Below, piece after piece: positions 51,306 to 61,095 of a DNA stretch of 64,000 nt. The stretch covers positions 9,784-73,783 of the forward strand of contig CAXXOI010000013.1 in the NCBI GenBank assembly GCA_963664175.2, written 5' to 3'. Position numbers and translations under genes: made by a program. The DNA is from Dehalococcoidia bacterium (lineage in GTDB: Bacteria > Chloroflexota > Dehalococcoidia > Lucifugimonadales > UBA3495). Within the stretch, counting starts at the first letter, position 1, and the number at the start of each line of letters is the position of its first letter. Under the pieces are notes generated by a model. That model was not told where the DNA came from and did no database searches. It saw only the letters and a program-made list of their open reading frames with translations.

Positions 51306-51402
51306 GGGAGTGGATGGGGCCCGGTGGCCCTTGCGGTCTTCAAAACCGTTATGCCTCGTTAGAAGCGGGGTAGGTGGGTTCGACTCCCTCGCACTCCCGC
51401 CA
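51306..51402 (+). tRNA. selC: tRNA-Sec (anticodon UCA), 97 nt including encoded CCA
   Basis: Acceptor GGGAGUG / CACUCCC, discriminator G, CCA. A 6-bp D stem GGGGCC/GGCCCU with the 4-nt loop CGGU. Anticodon loop CUUCAAA (same as E. coli selC). Long variable arm. GGUUCGACUCC T-loop region. One mismatch each in the 8th acceptor pair and in the T stem. Confidence 0.85.
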
Positions 51403-51692
51403 AATTTAGCCTAATACCGGGCGATCCAAAGCTAAAGCGGCTGCGGACCGCCTGTTTTGTTGCCCGTCCGCAGGGTGCGGGACGCTTCTTCGATTGGCCA
51501 TGAATTCAAGACTCCTGTGCTGGCACGGCAACGAGCCTGGCTCGGGGCACAGGTGCCCTTATTTCTGCCTGATACCCGGGACACTGGGGCCGTGCAACCT
51601 ATCCCACGCAGAAACACAGGCGGCTCAAGTACCCAACGCCCAAGGGGCGTACAGTCTGGCAATTGGAGACTGAGAACCACTGATTAGAGGGA

Positions 51693-52868
51693 TCACTCCT
51701 CCTCTGGCGACCCGTGGCGTCCGAATACAAGCGCCAGCGTGCCGCACAGGATGGTCACTCCCAAGCACATATAGCCAATGGCCGCGAATCCTGAGCTGGC
51801 CAGCAGACCGCCCGCCAGCGCCGCGCCGAACACGCCTCCTCCTTGGTTGCTCAGTCCCATGAGCCCAACGCCCGTGGCCGTTGATCTGCCGGAAAACCTC
51901 GTGCTGACGCTCACCAGTGTAGGAAAGGTTACGGCCAGGAGTCCCGTACCCACCGTGGCGATGGCCACGGAAGCCCATAGCCCAAGGTCGACCGCGAAAA
52001 ACAGCAGGCCGCAGACGCCTCCCGCCACGGACGTCGAGGCGACCACTACGGCATAAGTCCTGGTGTTGGATATCAGAGGCGCCACGTAGCTACCCGCAGT
52101 CTGTGCCAGGGCAGTAATTACCAGAGGCAACGCCAGAAAGCCCACGCTGACTCCGTGGGTCTGAATGAGGAATGCAGAGAAAAAGCTGACAAAGGCCCAG
52201 AATGCCATCCGCTGGATTGTGTTCACGGTCACGGCGACCTGGAAAAACCGAAGGGACAGCAGTGCCCGAAATCGCGAAAAGAACTCCAGGTTACGGGTTC
52301 GGTCCCTGCTCCCGCGCGGGAACCAGAACCAGGTGGACAGCAAGCTGGCCGCCAATAGCATGCCCGAAACAAGAAAGGCAATCCGCCAGCCCTGCCAATC
52401 GGCAAGGACGGCCATCAACGGCACTGTCAAGCCAGCGCTGATTACGTTGCTCGCCATCACGGTACCGATGGCCCTGGCGCGTCTCTCGGGGGCGAACGTG
52501 TCGGCTATCACTCCCATGGCATTGGGAGGAAGCATGCCACCACCAAATCCGCTTGCCGCCCGCAATACCATTAGAACCTCGAGATTGGGGGCAAAGGCCG
52601 AGGCAGTCACCGAGACCAACAGGATCAGTAATCCCGCAAGGGCCAACCACCTCCGCTCGAAGGAATCGGACAACGGGCCCCCGCAGACCACGGACACGGC
52701 CCACGCCGCAAAGGTCGCCGTGGCCAGCTGACCGGCCACCGGGACCGATACATCCATATCGAACGCGATGTCCACCAAAAGGGGCGGGACAATCAGGTTG
52801 GCATTCTGCGCCACCAGGACCGAGAACGAGAGTACCCCGATTATCCTGGCCTCTCCCATTACTCCCAA
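51693..52868 (-). CDS. MFS transporter
   Basis: About 12 hydrophobic segments, 391 aa, typical MFS layout. Confidence 0.8.
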   Translation of the reverse strand: MGVMGEARIIGVLSFSVLVAQNANLIVPPLLVDIAFDMDVSVPVAGQLATATFAAWAVSVVCGGPLSDSFERRWLALAGLLILLVSVTASAFAPNLEVLMVLRAASGFGGGMLPPNAMGVIADTFAPERRARAIGTVMASNVISAGLTVPLMAVLADWQGWRIAFLVSGMLLAASLLSTWFWFPRGSRDRTRNLEFFSRFRALLSLRFFQVAVTVNTIQRMAFWAFVSFFSAFLIQTHGVSVGFLALPLVITALAQTAGSYVAPLISNTRTYAVVVASTSVAGGVCGLLFFAVDLGLWASVAIATVGTGLLAVTFPTLVSVSTRFSGRSTATGVGLMGLSNQGGGVFGAALAGGLLASSGFAAIGYMCLGVTILCGTLALVFGRHGSPEEE

Positions 52869-52900
52869 TGGTGCCTGCGTCTCAGAAGTAGCTATGCCGC

Positions 52901-53578
52901 CTATTCCTCTTCCAGCATTCTGGCGACAATCGTATCCAGTTGCTGCCGGTCGATTGCGCCGGTCCAGGATTGGAACACCACCCCTTCGGAATCGATGAAT
53001 ATGGTGGTCGGCATTGCCCGAATACGGTATTTAGAAGTGATCGTCGCGTCATCCGTGTACCCGGCAGGGTAGGTGACGCCCAGAGAATCCAGCAATCTGC
53101 CGGCGTCCTTGGGAGAGCCCAGGCCGGTGAATTGCCCGATGTCGATGCCCAGCAGTCTCAACTCATCTCCCCTCTCCTCGTAGAAATCCTGCAACTCCGG
53201 CATCTCTTTCCAGCAGGGCCCGCAGAGCCGCGCCCAGAAGTTGAGCACTATGGGTTGGCCAGTTATGTCGGACAAACTCAACTCGGTGTCTCCCAGGGTT
53301 TCCTGTCCCTGAAAGAGCTTTAGCGGAAAATCTGGAGCGGTTGCACCGACCAGATTGCTGGTCCCCACGGGATCCGGGGCCAGGCTAGGCGCGGGAGTGG
53401 GCCGAATCGTCGTAGCCGGCTCAGACGTGGAATGTCCGGAGGAGGTTACGGTAGATTCCGGGGATTGGGAGGAACTGCAGCCGATTGCCAGAACGGAGAG
53501 CAGGGCACCGGACACCAAGAACACACCGAGCACGCGCCCGGTTTTGGCCAAACGCAAAGAAAGCGCGGAGAGTTTCAT
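52901..53578 (-). CDS. TlpA/ResA-like thiol:disulfide oxidoreductase lipoprotein
   Basis: Signal plus lipobox (LSVLAIGCSS). IVLNFWARLCGPCWKEMPEL is a thioredoxin-fold CxxC. Confidence 0.85.
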   Translation of the reverse strand: MKLSALSLRLAKTGRVLGVFLVSGALLSVLAIGCSSSQSPESTVTSSGHSTSEPATTIRPTPAPSLAPDPVGTSNLVGATAPDFPLKLFQGQETLGDTELSLSDITGQPIVLNFWARLCGPCWKEMPELQDFYEERGDELRLLGIDIGQFTGLGSPKDAGRLLDSLGVTYPAGYTDDATITSKYRIRAMPTTIFIDSEGVVFQSWTGAIDRQQLDTIVARMLEEE

Positions 53579-53639
53579 CCCGGTGATTCCCTCCGCGCTC
53601 CTCTTTCTGTCCGGTAGTCGAGTTTATTGCCCCGGGTCG

Positions 53640-55040
53640 TTATTGCTTGTTTATTGTACCGTCCGCGTTGATGGTTATGCCAACGATCGGAGCGATGGCG
53701 TCATTGAATACCCCAACGAACGGCGCATCGGGGCCGCCGACGCGGTCGACCCAGTTGGGGACTACATTGTTAATCACGGCGTCGTCACTGAGCGCCCTCA
53801 TCTCCGGCCCGAACTCGATGTATTCCAGGCCGGCGTCGATGTTCTTCTGCAGCCCCAGCTCGTTCTGGATTGAGCCAAGCCTCAGGGCCTCGAGCTCCAA
53901 CTTGACCGACTCTTCCTTCCAAATCTCTTGCAGATCGGTGGGGATTGCTTCCCAGATCTCCTTGTTGACCACGTTGTGGCTGGAGGGCCAGGAGGTGAGC
54001 GGACCGTTGATGTAGCTGATCACCTCGTACCAACGCTGGCTATGGCCCGCGTCGCCGCCGGTCACACCGGCCTCCAGGATGCCGCGTTCCAGGGCCGTGT
54101 ATACCTCGGCGAAGGCCAGGAACTGCGGCTCGCCTCCCATGCCCGCAATCCAGTCGGAAATGGAGGTGCCGAAGGCACGGGTCTTCATACCCACAACGTC
54201 CTCGGGCGTGTGCAGGGGCTCCTTGGTAAACAAGAAAATGTCGTCGCCGTTATGCCAGTTGACGTTGATTGGATAGCCGCCCGTATCAGCGATCAACAGG
54301 TCTTCGATGGCCTCCAGCATTAATACTGTGGCGTCGAATTGCTGGGACCGCTCGGTGTACAGGCCGAACAGGTACTGGATTTCCAGCTGCGGCAAGTCCC
54401 CTGCCACGTACGGCCCGAGAACGTTGACCATGTCCAGAGTCCCGTCCCTTACCAGGTTGAGCGTGTCGGGACCGGCCACTCCCAGCTCCGGGAACGAAGT
54501 GGACTCGATGAGCAGCTTGCCGTTGGTCCGCTCGGTAAGTCTTGGTTGCAGGAATGTTTCCACGATCTTGCAGAACACAATGGCCCGGTTCACGCAGGCG
54601 TTCTGAATGACAATGGGTTCACCGTCATAGACCAGCGGAGTGGGGTCAGTGTACTTGGCTCTGTCGATCAGGTTCCGGTAATAGTCTGACTCGTATACGT
54701 ACAGGTGCTTCTCCAGAGCATCCAGCGGAACGTTGCCGTCGGCGTCCCCTTCATCCACGGTCGGCGCCGGGCCGACCAGCATGTTCAGGTCTCCCACAAA
54801 AATTGCCCCAGGTCCGTTGGCCAGTTCATCCGCGATGGCCAGGAGCTCCGAGCTGTATTCGCCCTCCTCCATCATCGCATCATCCTCGGTAGGAGCCGCT
54901 GTAGGAGCTACCGTTGGAGCCTGGGTCGGAACTGCTGTAGGCACCGAGGTTGCCGTTGGCTCAGAGGTGGCTGCTTCTCCGCAAGCCAGCAGCAATAGCC
55001 CTATTGTTCCCAGGATAACCATCAGGATCAGTTTTCGCAT
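53640..55040 (-). CDS. TRAP-type (DctP-like) solute-binding lipoprotein, paralog 1
   Basis: MRKLILMVILGTIGLLLLACGE lipobox. MKTRAFGTSISDWIAGMGGEPQFLAFAEVYTALERGILEAG is DctP-like. Confidence 0.75.
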   Translation of the reverse strand: MRKLILMVILGTIGLLLLACGEAATSEPTATSVPTAVPTQAPTVAPTAAPTEDDAMMEEGEYSSELLAIADELANGPGAIFVGDLNMLVGPAPTVDEGDADGNVPLDALEKHLYVYESDYYRNLIDRAKYTDPTPLVYDGEPIVIQNACVNRAIVFCKIVETFLQPRLTERTNGKLLIESTSFPELGVAGPDTLNLVRDGTLDMVNVLGPYVAGDLPQLEIQYLFGLYTERSQQFDATVLMLEAIEDLLIADTGGYPINVNWHNGDDIFLFTKEPLHTPEDVVGMKTRAFGTSISDWIAGMGGEPQFLAFAEVYTALERGILEAGVTGGDAGHSQRWYEVISYINGPLTSWPSSHNVVNKEIWEAIPTDLQEIWKEESVKLELEALRLGSIQNELGLQKNIDAGLEYIEFGPEMRALSDDAVINNVVPNWVDRVGGPDAPFVGVFNDAIAPIVGITINADGTINKQ

Positions 55041-55349
55041 TTCGTCGCTCCTTGAACCTCAAATTCATTCCCACTTGCAAGCTGCTGGCGAGGGAAACGG
55101 CCGCATGCCACAAATGAAAGCGCAATTATAGTAATGTATGCGAATATGGTCAAAGCATTTATAAATGTATAGTTATTGTTCTTTGGTAAGTTATCATCTC
55201 TTTTTCATAATAATTTTGCTATTTTCTACGATATTAGTAACCTGCTTTCATTCCATAAATTCGTGGCCCGGCAGGCTGCAACCCGACAAAACAAAACCCC
55301 CGGGCCTTGTGAGGCCCGGGGGTGGGGGTCGCCAGAAATTGATTTGGGT

Positions 55350-56765
55350 CTATTGTGTCCTGGTTATGGTGCCGTCGGTCTCGATGCGTATTCCGACAAC
55401 AGAGCCAATGGCCTCGTTGAAGACTTCCTGAACGAAGAATTCCTCGGGGCCGCCGACGCGATCAACCCACTTGGGGAGCACGCTCTCGTTCACGGACTGG
55501 TCGCTGAGGGCCCGCATCTCGGGGCCGAACTCGATGTACTCCAGCCCGGCGTCGATGTTCTTCTGAAGACCCAGCTCGTTCTGGATCGAACCGAGGCGCA
55601 GGGCTTCCAGTTCCATCCGGGCCGACTCTTCCTCGAAGATAGCCTGGAGATCGTCGGGAATGGACTCCCAGATCTCCTTGTTGATCACATTGTGGCTGGT
55701 GGGCCAGCTGGTCAGGGGGCCGTTGATGTAGTTGACCACCTCGTACCAGCGCTGGCCGTGACCCGCGTCGCCGCCGGTTACACCGGCCTCCAGGATGCCG
55801 CGCTCCAGGGCGGTGTACACCTCGGCAAAGGCCAGGAACTGCGCCTCACCACCCATACCAAAGATCCAGTCGGAAATGGAGGTGCCGAAGGCACGCGTCT
55901 TCATGCCGTCGAAGTCTTCCGGCAGATTCAGGGGTTCCTTGGTGAACAAGAAGATGTCATCGCCGTTGTGCCAGTTGATACTGATGACGTGCCCGCCACC
56001 GCTGTTCTCCACCAAGATTTCCTGCAGGTAGGGGTCGAGATTGACCGTGGCCCCGAACTGCTGCTCGCGCTCGGTATAAATGCCGAACAGGGACTGGATT
56101 TCCAGTTCGGGCAGCTCGCCGGCCACGTAGACGCCCAGCACGCTTACCATGTCCAGGGTGCCGTCTCGGACCAGCGCGAGGGTGTCTGGGCCAGCAATGC
56201 CCAATTCAGGGAAGGACGAGGACTCCACGGTGAGCTGGCCATTGGTGCGCTCTTCCAGACTGGGGGAGAGGTAGCTCTCCACGATCTTGCAGAACACCAG
56301 CGCCCGGTTCACACAGGCGTGCTGGATCTTGATGCTCACGCCAGTGCTGGTAAGCTCCGTGGGATCATCAAAATTCGCCCGTCCGACGACGTCCTTGTAG
56401 TAGTCGGACTCGTATGCGTACTGATGATTCTCCAGCGCCGACAGGGGTACGTTACCGTCTGCGTCACCCTGATCTGCCGTGGGCGCAGGGCCAACCAGAT
56501 CGTTGAGGTCGCCGACATAGAAAGCACCCGGGCCGTTGGCCCGTTCAGCGGCCGCGGCCAGCACTGCCTCGCTGTACTCGCTTTCCATGGCTTCTGGTTC
56601 TTCGGTAGCCGCTTCAGCCTCGGTCGGCTCAGCCGTGGGCGCTACGGTGGGAGGTGGTTCCGTGGGAGCGGTGGTGGCTGTGGGGACCGGCGTCGCGGCC
56701 TCACCGCAAGCCAATAGCATGACGCTTACGATTCCAAGGATGAGGATTGCCAAAAGTTTTCGCAT
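55350..56765 (-). CDS. TRAP-type (DctP-like) solute-binding lipoprotein, paralog 2
   Basis: Start ATG at 56765 (MRKLLAILILGIVSVMLLACGE). Collinear with 53640..55040. Confidence 0.75.
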   Translation of the reverse strand: MRKLLAILILGIVSVMLLACGEAATPVPTATTAPTEPPPTVAPTAEPTEAEAATEEPEAMESEYSEAVLAAAAERANGPGAFYVGDLNDLVGPAPTADQGDADGNVPLSALENHQYAYESDYYKDVVGRANFDDPTELTSTGVSIKIQHACVNRALVFCKIVESYLSPSLEERTNGQLTVESSSFPELGIAGPDTLALVRDGTLDMVSVLGVYVAGELPELEIQSLFGIYTEREQQFGATVNLDPYLQEILVENSGGGHVISINWHNGDDIFLFTKEPLNLPEDFDGMKTRAFGTSISDWIFGMGGEAQFLAFAEVYTALERGILEAGVTGGDAGHGQRWYEVVNYINGPLTSWPTSHNVINKEIWESIPDDLQAIFEEESARMELEALRLGSIQNELGLQKNIDAGLEYIEFGPEMRALSDQSVNESVLPKWVDRVGGPEEFFVQEVFNEAIGSVVGIRIETDGTITRTQ

Positions 56766-56949
56766 AGACGCGCTCCTATAAATGTTATTCGCTACTGATT
56801 GCCGAAATCTGACAGAGGAAGCAGATTTCAACGGCAATCAGGGCGCGATTATAGGAACGTCGCGAAAAGGCGTCAACCAGATAAATATTGCGAACTGAAA
56901 ACGTAAATGAACTGCGAGCAGTGTTTAAATCGCAACTATTTTGTCCAGA

Positions 56950-57567
56950 TTACGGAAAACTCCATTCAAAGGGAGCATAATGGCCGTTCCTGCCGGTATT
57001 GTCCCAGGTCATGCCTTCGTCGGTGTACTCGCCACGCACGCCGCGGGCCAGGTATAGATCGCGATTGACACCGTGCCCGGTGTTGGACAGGAGCATGGCA
57101 TCGTCACGGCCAGGGATCTGAATAGGCTCGACGCAGAAGTCCATAACGCCGGGAACCGTCACGGAGTGAGTCTTACCATCAACTTGGAAGTCGATGGCGA
57201 CGTAGTGCACTCCCCGGAAATCGGTGGTCATGGCCCTCCATCGCTCGGCGGGGCCGCCCATGTCTCCCGACAGTATCTGCTCCATCGCCGCGCGCTGGGC
57301 GTCGTCAGCGCCTTCGTCCACGTAAAACGATGACGTCCATCCTCCGGCTGCCATGGGCCCGGGGGTGTAGTTCACGGCAATGAAGTTCAGGCCATTCAAC
57401 TCGACGCCGTCTAATTCGCCTTCTACGATATGAAAGGCCAGGGCAACGTCGCAGTGTCCCTCCGTAGGATCTATGTTGGTCCCCCTCACGATGCAGGGGC
57501 ACAGGACTTCGCAGTTGCAGCTCTCGAAATATTCGCCTTTGAGGCTCCACTTCTTGCCGTTGACCAT
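56950..57567 (-). CDS. DUF1326-like protein
   Basis: Start ATG at 57567 after GGGAGGG. MVNGKKWSLKGEYFESCNCEVLCPC is the typical DUF1326 N-terminus. Confidence 0.7.
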   Translation of the reverse strand: MVNGKKWSLKGEYFESCNCEVLCPCIVRGTNIDPTEGHCDVALAFHIVEGELDGVELNGLNFIAVNYTPGPMAAGGWTSSFYVDEGADDAQRAAMEQILSGDMGGPAERWRAMTTDFRGVHYVAIDFQVDGKTHSVTVPGVMDFCVEPIQIPGRDDAMLLSNTGHGVNRDLYLARGVRGEYTDEGMTWDNTGRNGHYAPFEWSFP

Positions 57568-57827
57568 TTCTACCCTCCCACTGCAAGGTGCAGGCGCAGA
57601 TTTTATGACAAGTGCAGCTTTGACCACCGTTACACTGCCGTATTCCGATCAGAGCGCATTCCCGGAGTGCGGGAGACCTGTCTGCTGCAATATACTGTGC
57701 GAACTGCCGCAGCGCCAGTGCCGAAACACTTCGCGCAACCGCCAGCGGCAGCTGGGTGGGCGCAGTTCGGCCGGACCACCCGATCATTGTCGAAATGCAG
57801 TAGCTCTATGGTAGCGGAGAGGAAGCC

Positions 57828-58577
57828 ATGAGACTGGAAGGCAAGGTTGCACTGATCAGCGGGGGAGCCAGGGGCATGGGCGCGACGGAGGCCCGCATGT
57901 TCGTCTCGGAAGGGGCCAGGGTTGTTATCGGCGACATCCTGGACGAAGAGGGCCGTCAGACGGAGGCGGCCATCAACGAGAGCGGCGGCGAATGCGTGTA
58001 CGTTCGCCTGGACGTAACCGACGAGTCGGCCTGGCAATCCGCTGTCGCCACCGCGGTGGACCGATTCGGGAAGCTGGACATCCTGGTCAACAACGCCGGC
58101 GTTGGCATCGTCAACAACGTGGAGGACACCAGCGGCGAGGAATGGGACCTGGTGATGGACATCAACGCCAAGGGCGTGTTCCTCGGCACCAAGGCTGCCA
58201 TTCCCGCGATGCAGGATGCGGGCGGCGGCTCCATCGTCAACATATCGTCCATCGCAGGCATCGTGGGCGGGCGCACCTCGTCCTACGCCGCCAGCAAGGG
58301 CGCGGTGCGGCTCCTGACCAAGTCGACGGCCATCCAGTACTCCCGCGACGGGATCAGGTGCAACTCGGTGCACCCGGGGGTCATCGACACCCCCATGACG
58401 CAGCCCATCATGCTCAACAGCGACGAAGGCCGACGGGAAAACGCGGCCCGGCACCCCATGAACCGTATCGGCCAGCCGGAGGATATCGCCTACGGCGTCC
58501 TTTTCCTCGCGTCCGACGAGGCCTCGTTCATGACCGGCAGCGAGCTGGTGATCGACGGCGGCCTCACCGCGCAGTAG
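57828..58577 (+). CDS. Short-chain dehydrogenase/reductase (classical SDR)
   Basis: KVALISGGARGMG (TGxxxGxG-type), NNAG, S...YAASKGAV (YxxxK). Confidence 0.9.
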   Translation: MRLEGKVALISGGARGMGATEARMFVSEGARVVIGDILDEEGRQTEAAINESGGECVYVRLDVTDESAWQSAVATAVDRFGKLDILVNNAGVGIVNNVEDTSGEEWDLVMDINAKGVFLGTKAAIPAMQDAGGGSIVNISSIAGIVGGRTSSYAASKGAVRLLTKSTAIQYSRDGIRCNSVHPGVIDTPMTQPIMLNSDEGRRENAARHPMNRIGQPEDIAYGVLFLASDEASFMTGSELVIDGGLTAQ

Positions 58578-58592
58578 CCTCCACAAATCCAC

Positions 58593-58625
58593 TCTCCCTT
58601 TGGTAGAGGGTCAGGGTGAGGGGGC
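58593..58625. repeat. REP-like G-rich palindromic element (copy 1)
   Basis: CTCTCCCTTTGGTAGAGGGTCAGGGTGAGGGGG, related to the elements at 59290-59398. Confidence 0.6.
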
Positions 58626-58682
58626 ACATTGCCTGCGATACGAATCCACATCCGAAAAAACGGCTCGTAAGGAGAGTTCGCC

Positions 58683-59273
58683 ATGACTACAGCCAGTCCC
58701 ATTGATCCCAACCGTTTGCTTCTCACCGGTGAGAACCCCTACATTCGTCTGAGCGCGACGGACGACGGCCCGGTCACCAGCGACGCCAGCTTCTGGCGCA
58801 TCCTGTTCTCTCCGGGCGGACCGGGGCACGTGCTGTTCCTGCAGGGCGAGCTCACCGGCGGAGAGCCGCGCATTTACACCGACAACATACAGATGACCCG
58901 CTGGCTCCAGGGCGAAATTCAGGGCAGGATAAACGCCACATTCGGCAACCTGGAGATACCGGCCACCGAGGCGTCCTTCGGGAGCTCAGGCGACCTGCGC
59001 TCGTTCTGGACGGAGTCATGCAGCGCCCACGGCGAGGAGATCGCGCTGACCTGGTACGACCTGGGCGAGCCGTTCATGACGCACAGCCTCCCCGGCGCCA
59101 ACCCGGAGCGCCCTCACGGGGTCTGCACGGTGTTGATCCCGGCCAACGGCGCGCGCATCACGCTGAACGGCCGCCAGGCCTCGGGCCAGCCCTGGCCCCG
59201 CCAGCGCGACGCACGCACCCACAGCACCTGCGCACTGGCGTTTTCGGAGTCGTGGACCCTGCCCTACGAATAA
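58683..59273 (+). CDS. Hypothetical protein (196 aa)
   Basis: ORF track, ATG preceded by AGGAGAG. No family recognised. Confidence 0.55.
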   Translation: MTTASPIDPNRLLLTGENPYIRLSATDDGPVTSDASFWRILFSPGGPGHVLFLQGELTGGEPRIYTDNIQMTRWLQGEIQGRINATFGNLEIPATEASFGSSGDLRSFWTESCSAHGEEIALTWYDLGEPFMTHSLPGANPERPHGVCTVLIPANGARITLNGRQASGQPWPRQRDARTHSTCALAFSESWTLPYE

Positions 59274-59289
59274 TCTGGCTGATCATTCT

Positions 59290-59398
59290 CCCTCTCCCTT
59301 GAGGGAGAGGGTTGGGGTGAGGGGAAACTGCAGGCCTAGAGAACTTTGCCTGATCAAAAGGCACGCCCCCACCCTAACCCTCCTCAGGAGGGAGAGGG
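59290..59398. repeat. Inverted pair of REP-like elements between convergent genes (likely bidirectional terminator region)
   Basis: 59290-59311 CCCTCTCCC-TTGA-GGGAGAGGG (perfect 9-bp stem) followed by TTGGGGTGAGGGG. An inverted, related copy lies at 59366-59398 (CCCCCACCCTAACCCTCCTCAGGAGGGAGAGGG). Confidence 0.7.
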
Positions 59399-59448
59399 AA
59401 CCACCCAAGTTTCTTCTTGGTTTTGGTTTCGTCGCTGGGGAGATTGCA

Positions 59449-60405
59449 TCACCCCAGCAGCTTGCGGGAGAGGTTCTCGTACATGTCATCGACCATGGCC
59501 TCGACGCCGTAGTCGGGGCGCCAGTCCCACTCCTGCCGGGCCGCCGTGTCATCGAGGGAGTTCGGCCACGAATCGGCGATGTACTGGCGCAGCGGGTCCA
59601 CGTCGTAGTCCATGGCGAATCCCGGCACCCGCCTGCGAATGGCCGCCGCCAGCTCCTCAGGCTCGAAGCTCATGGAGTTGACGTTGTAGTCGGCGTGGTG
59701 CTTCAGCCTGCCGACGTCCGCCTCCGCCACCTCGATCAGGGCCTTGATGGCATCCGGCACATACATCATGGGAAGGTAGGTACCGGGGCGCAGATAGCAG
59801 GTGTACCGTCCCTCGCGGATGGCCCCGTAGAATGCGTCGACGGCATAGTCCGTGGTGCCGCCTCCGGGCTCCACCTTCCAGCTGACCACGCCGGGAAGGC
59901 GCACTCCCCGGACATCAAGGCCAACCCTTTCAAAGAAATAGTTGCCCATCAACTCGCCGAACACCTTGGAAATACCGTACAGCGAGGTAGGCCGCTGCAG
60001 CGTCTCGTTGGGAGTGTTGTCATGGGGCGTATCATTGCCGAAAGCGGCGATGGAACTGGGAATGATCACTCGTTTCAGTCCCGCGTCGCAGGCCGCTTCC
60101 AGGACGTTCAACAGGCCGATTATATTCACCCGGTGGCCCAAGGGCCGGTTGGCTTCGGCGGCGACGGACAGCAGTGAACCCAGGTGGTAGAGGGAATCGA
60201 TGCCGTAGTCGCGGATGGCGCGTTCCACTGACGACTGCTCCGTAACGTCGACCTGCGTGGACGGGCCGGATTCCGCGACCTCCTCGGTCAGTGGGCTGCG
60301 GTGCCTTGCTGCGACCACGTTGTCGTTCCCGTACCGTTCCCGGAGGGCGGGAATCAACTCGGAGCCAAGCTGTCCGGCTGCGCCGGTGACCAGTATCCTC
60401 TTCAT
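59449..60405 (-). CDS. tdh: L-threonine 3-dehydrogenase, extended-SDR (NAD-dependent epimerase/dehydratase fold) type
   Basis: ILVTGAAGQLGSEL, SLYGISKVFGE (YxxxK), PGGGTTDYAVDAF, LPMMYVPDAI, NVNSMSFEPEELAAAI, VDPLRQYIADSWP. Close by eye to animal/bacterial SDR-type TDH. Confidence 0.8.
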   Translation of the reverse strand: MKRILVTGAAGQLGSELIPALRERYGNDNVVAARHRSPLTEEVAESGPSTQVDVTEQSSVERAIRDYGIDSLYHLGSLLSVAAEANRPLGHRVNIIGLLNVLEAACDAGLKRVIIPSSIAAFGNDTPHDNTPNETLQRPTSLYGISKVFGELMGNYFFERVGLDVRGVRLPGVVSWKVEPGGGTTDYAVDAFYGAIREGRYTCYLRPGTYLPMMYVPDAIKALIEVAEADVGRLKHHADYNVNSMSFEPEELAAAIRRRVPGFAMDYDVDPLRQYIADSWPNSLDDTAARQEWDWRPDYGVEAMVDDMYENLSRKLLG

Positions 60406-60443
60406 TGGATTAGAATAGCCGCATCACCTGAGGAGGGGCAACT

Positions 60444-61085
60444 ATGGCCAGCCAGGAGATCGCGCCAGGGTTTGAACGAGAGGCATGGGTTTCCATCCCC
60501 ACGGAGGCGGAGCATCGGGCCAACCTCCCTCCCGGCGCCCGGGGAGGCAACTACGACTTTGGCTACCTGCCCGCCATGGGCCGGTTGCAGGCCAGGCATA
60601 GGGAAATCGGCCCACTGTTCGGAGCGCTGTATCGACAGGTGATGTTCGGGCCCGGTGAGTTGGACCGGCAGGAGCGGGAGATGGTGGCGGCCGTGGCGGC
60701 TGCTGCCCAGGACTGCAGGTATTGAACCGTGTCCCACGCAGAGTTTCTGCGTGCCGAGGACGGGGACCCAGCCATCGTGGAGGCGGTAACCCACCGACGT
60801 TGGCGGGACCTGCCATCGCTGACGCCCAGACATCTGGCGCTGTGCACCGTGGCGGAGAAGCTGAGCGCCACGCCTACACGGATGGTGGAGGCCGACTGGC
60901 AGTCCCTGCGCGACCTGGGCTTCGACGACGTCGCGCTGCTGGAGGTGGGCCACATCGTCGGAATATTCAACTACCTGACCCGCCTGGCCGACGGCTTCGG
61001 GCTGCAGCTCGACCGGCGCACCATCGAGGCCTCGGAGACCGGGGTGTCGCTGCGACAAATGGCCGAACAGGCAGCGGACGACTAG
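60444..61085 (+). CDS. AhpD-like/carboxymuconolactone-decarboxylase-family 'peroxidase-related' protein with in-frame TGA (60723-60725) in a CxxU motif; candidate selenoprotein
   Basis: Track ORFs 60444..60725 and 60729..61085 are in the same frame, separated only by TGA-ACC: ...RQEREMVAAVAAAAQDCRY[TGA]TVSHAEFLR... This matches the family motif (S/A)xxNxCxYCxxxH with the TGA at the second Cys. Confidence 0.7.
60731..60761 (+). promoter_or_regulatory. SECIS-like hairpin downstream of the AhpD-like TGA
   Basis: CACGCAG-AGUUU-CUGCGUG (7 bp, 60735-60753), extended by GUCC/GGAC (60731-34 / 60758-61). The loop G lies 18 nt after the UGA. Confidence 0.5.
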
Positions 61086-61095
61086 GAGGGAGACA

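Larger units (their letters stand above)
49674..51344. repeat. Direct repeat copy B (partner of 2213-3863)
   Basis: See copy A. Net length difference is about 20 nt. Confidence 0.9.
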
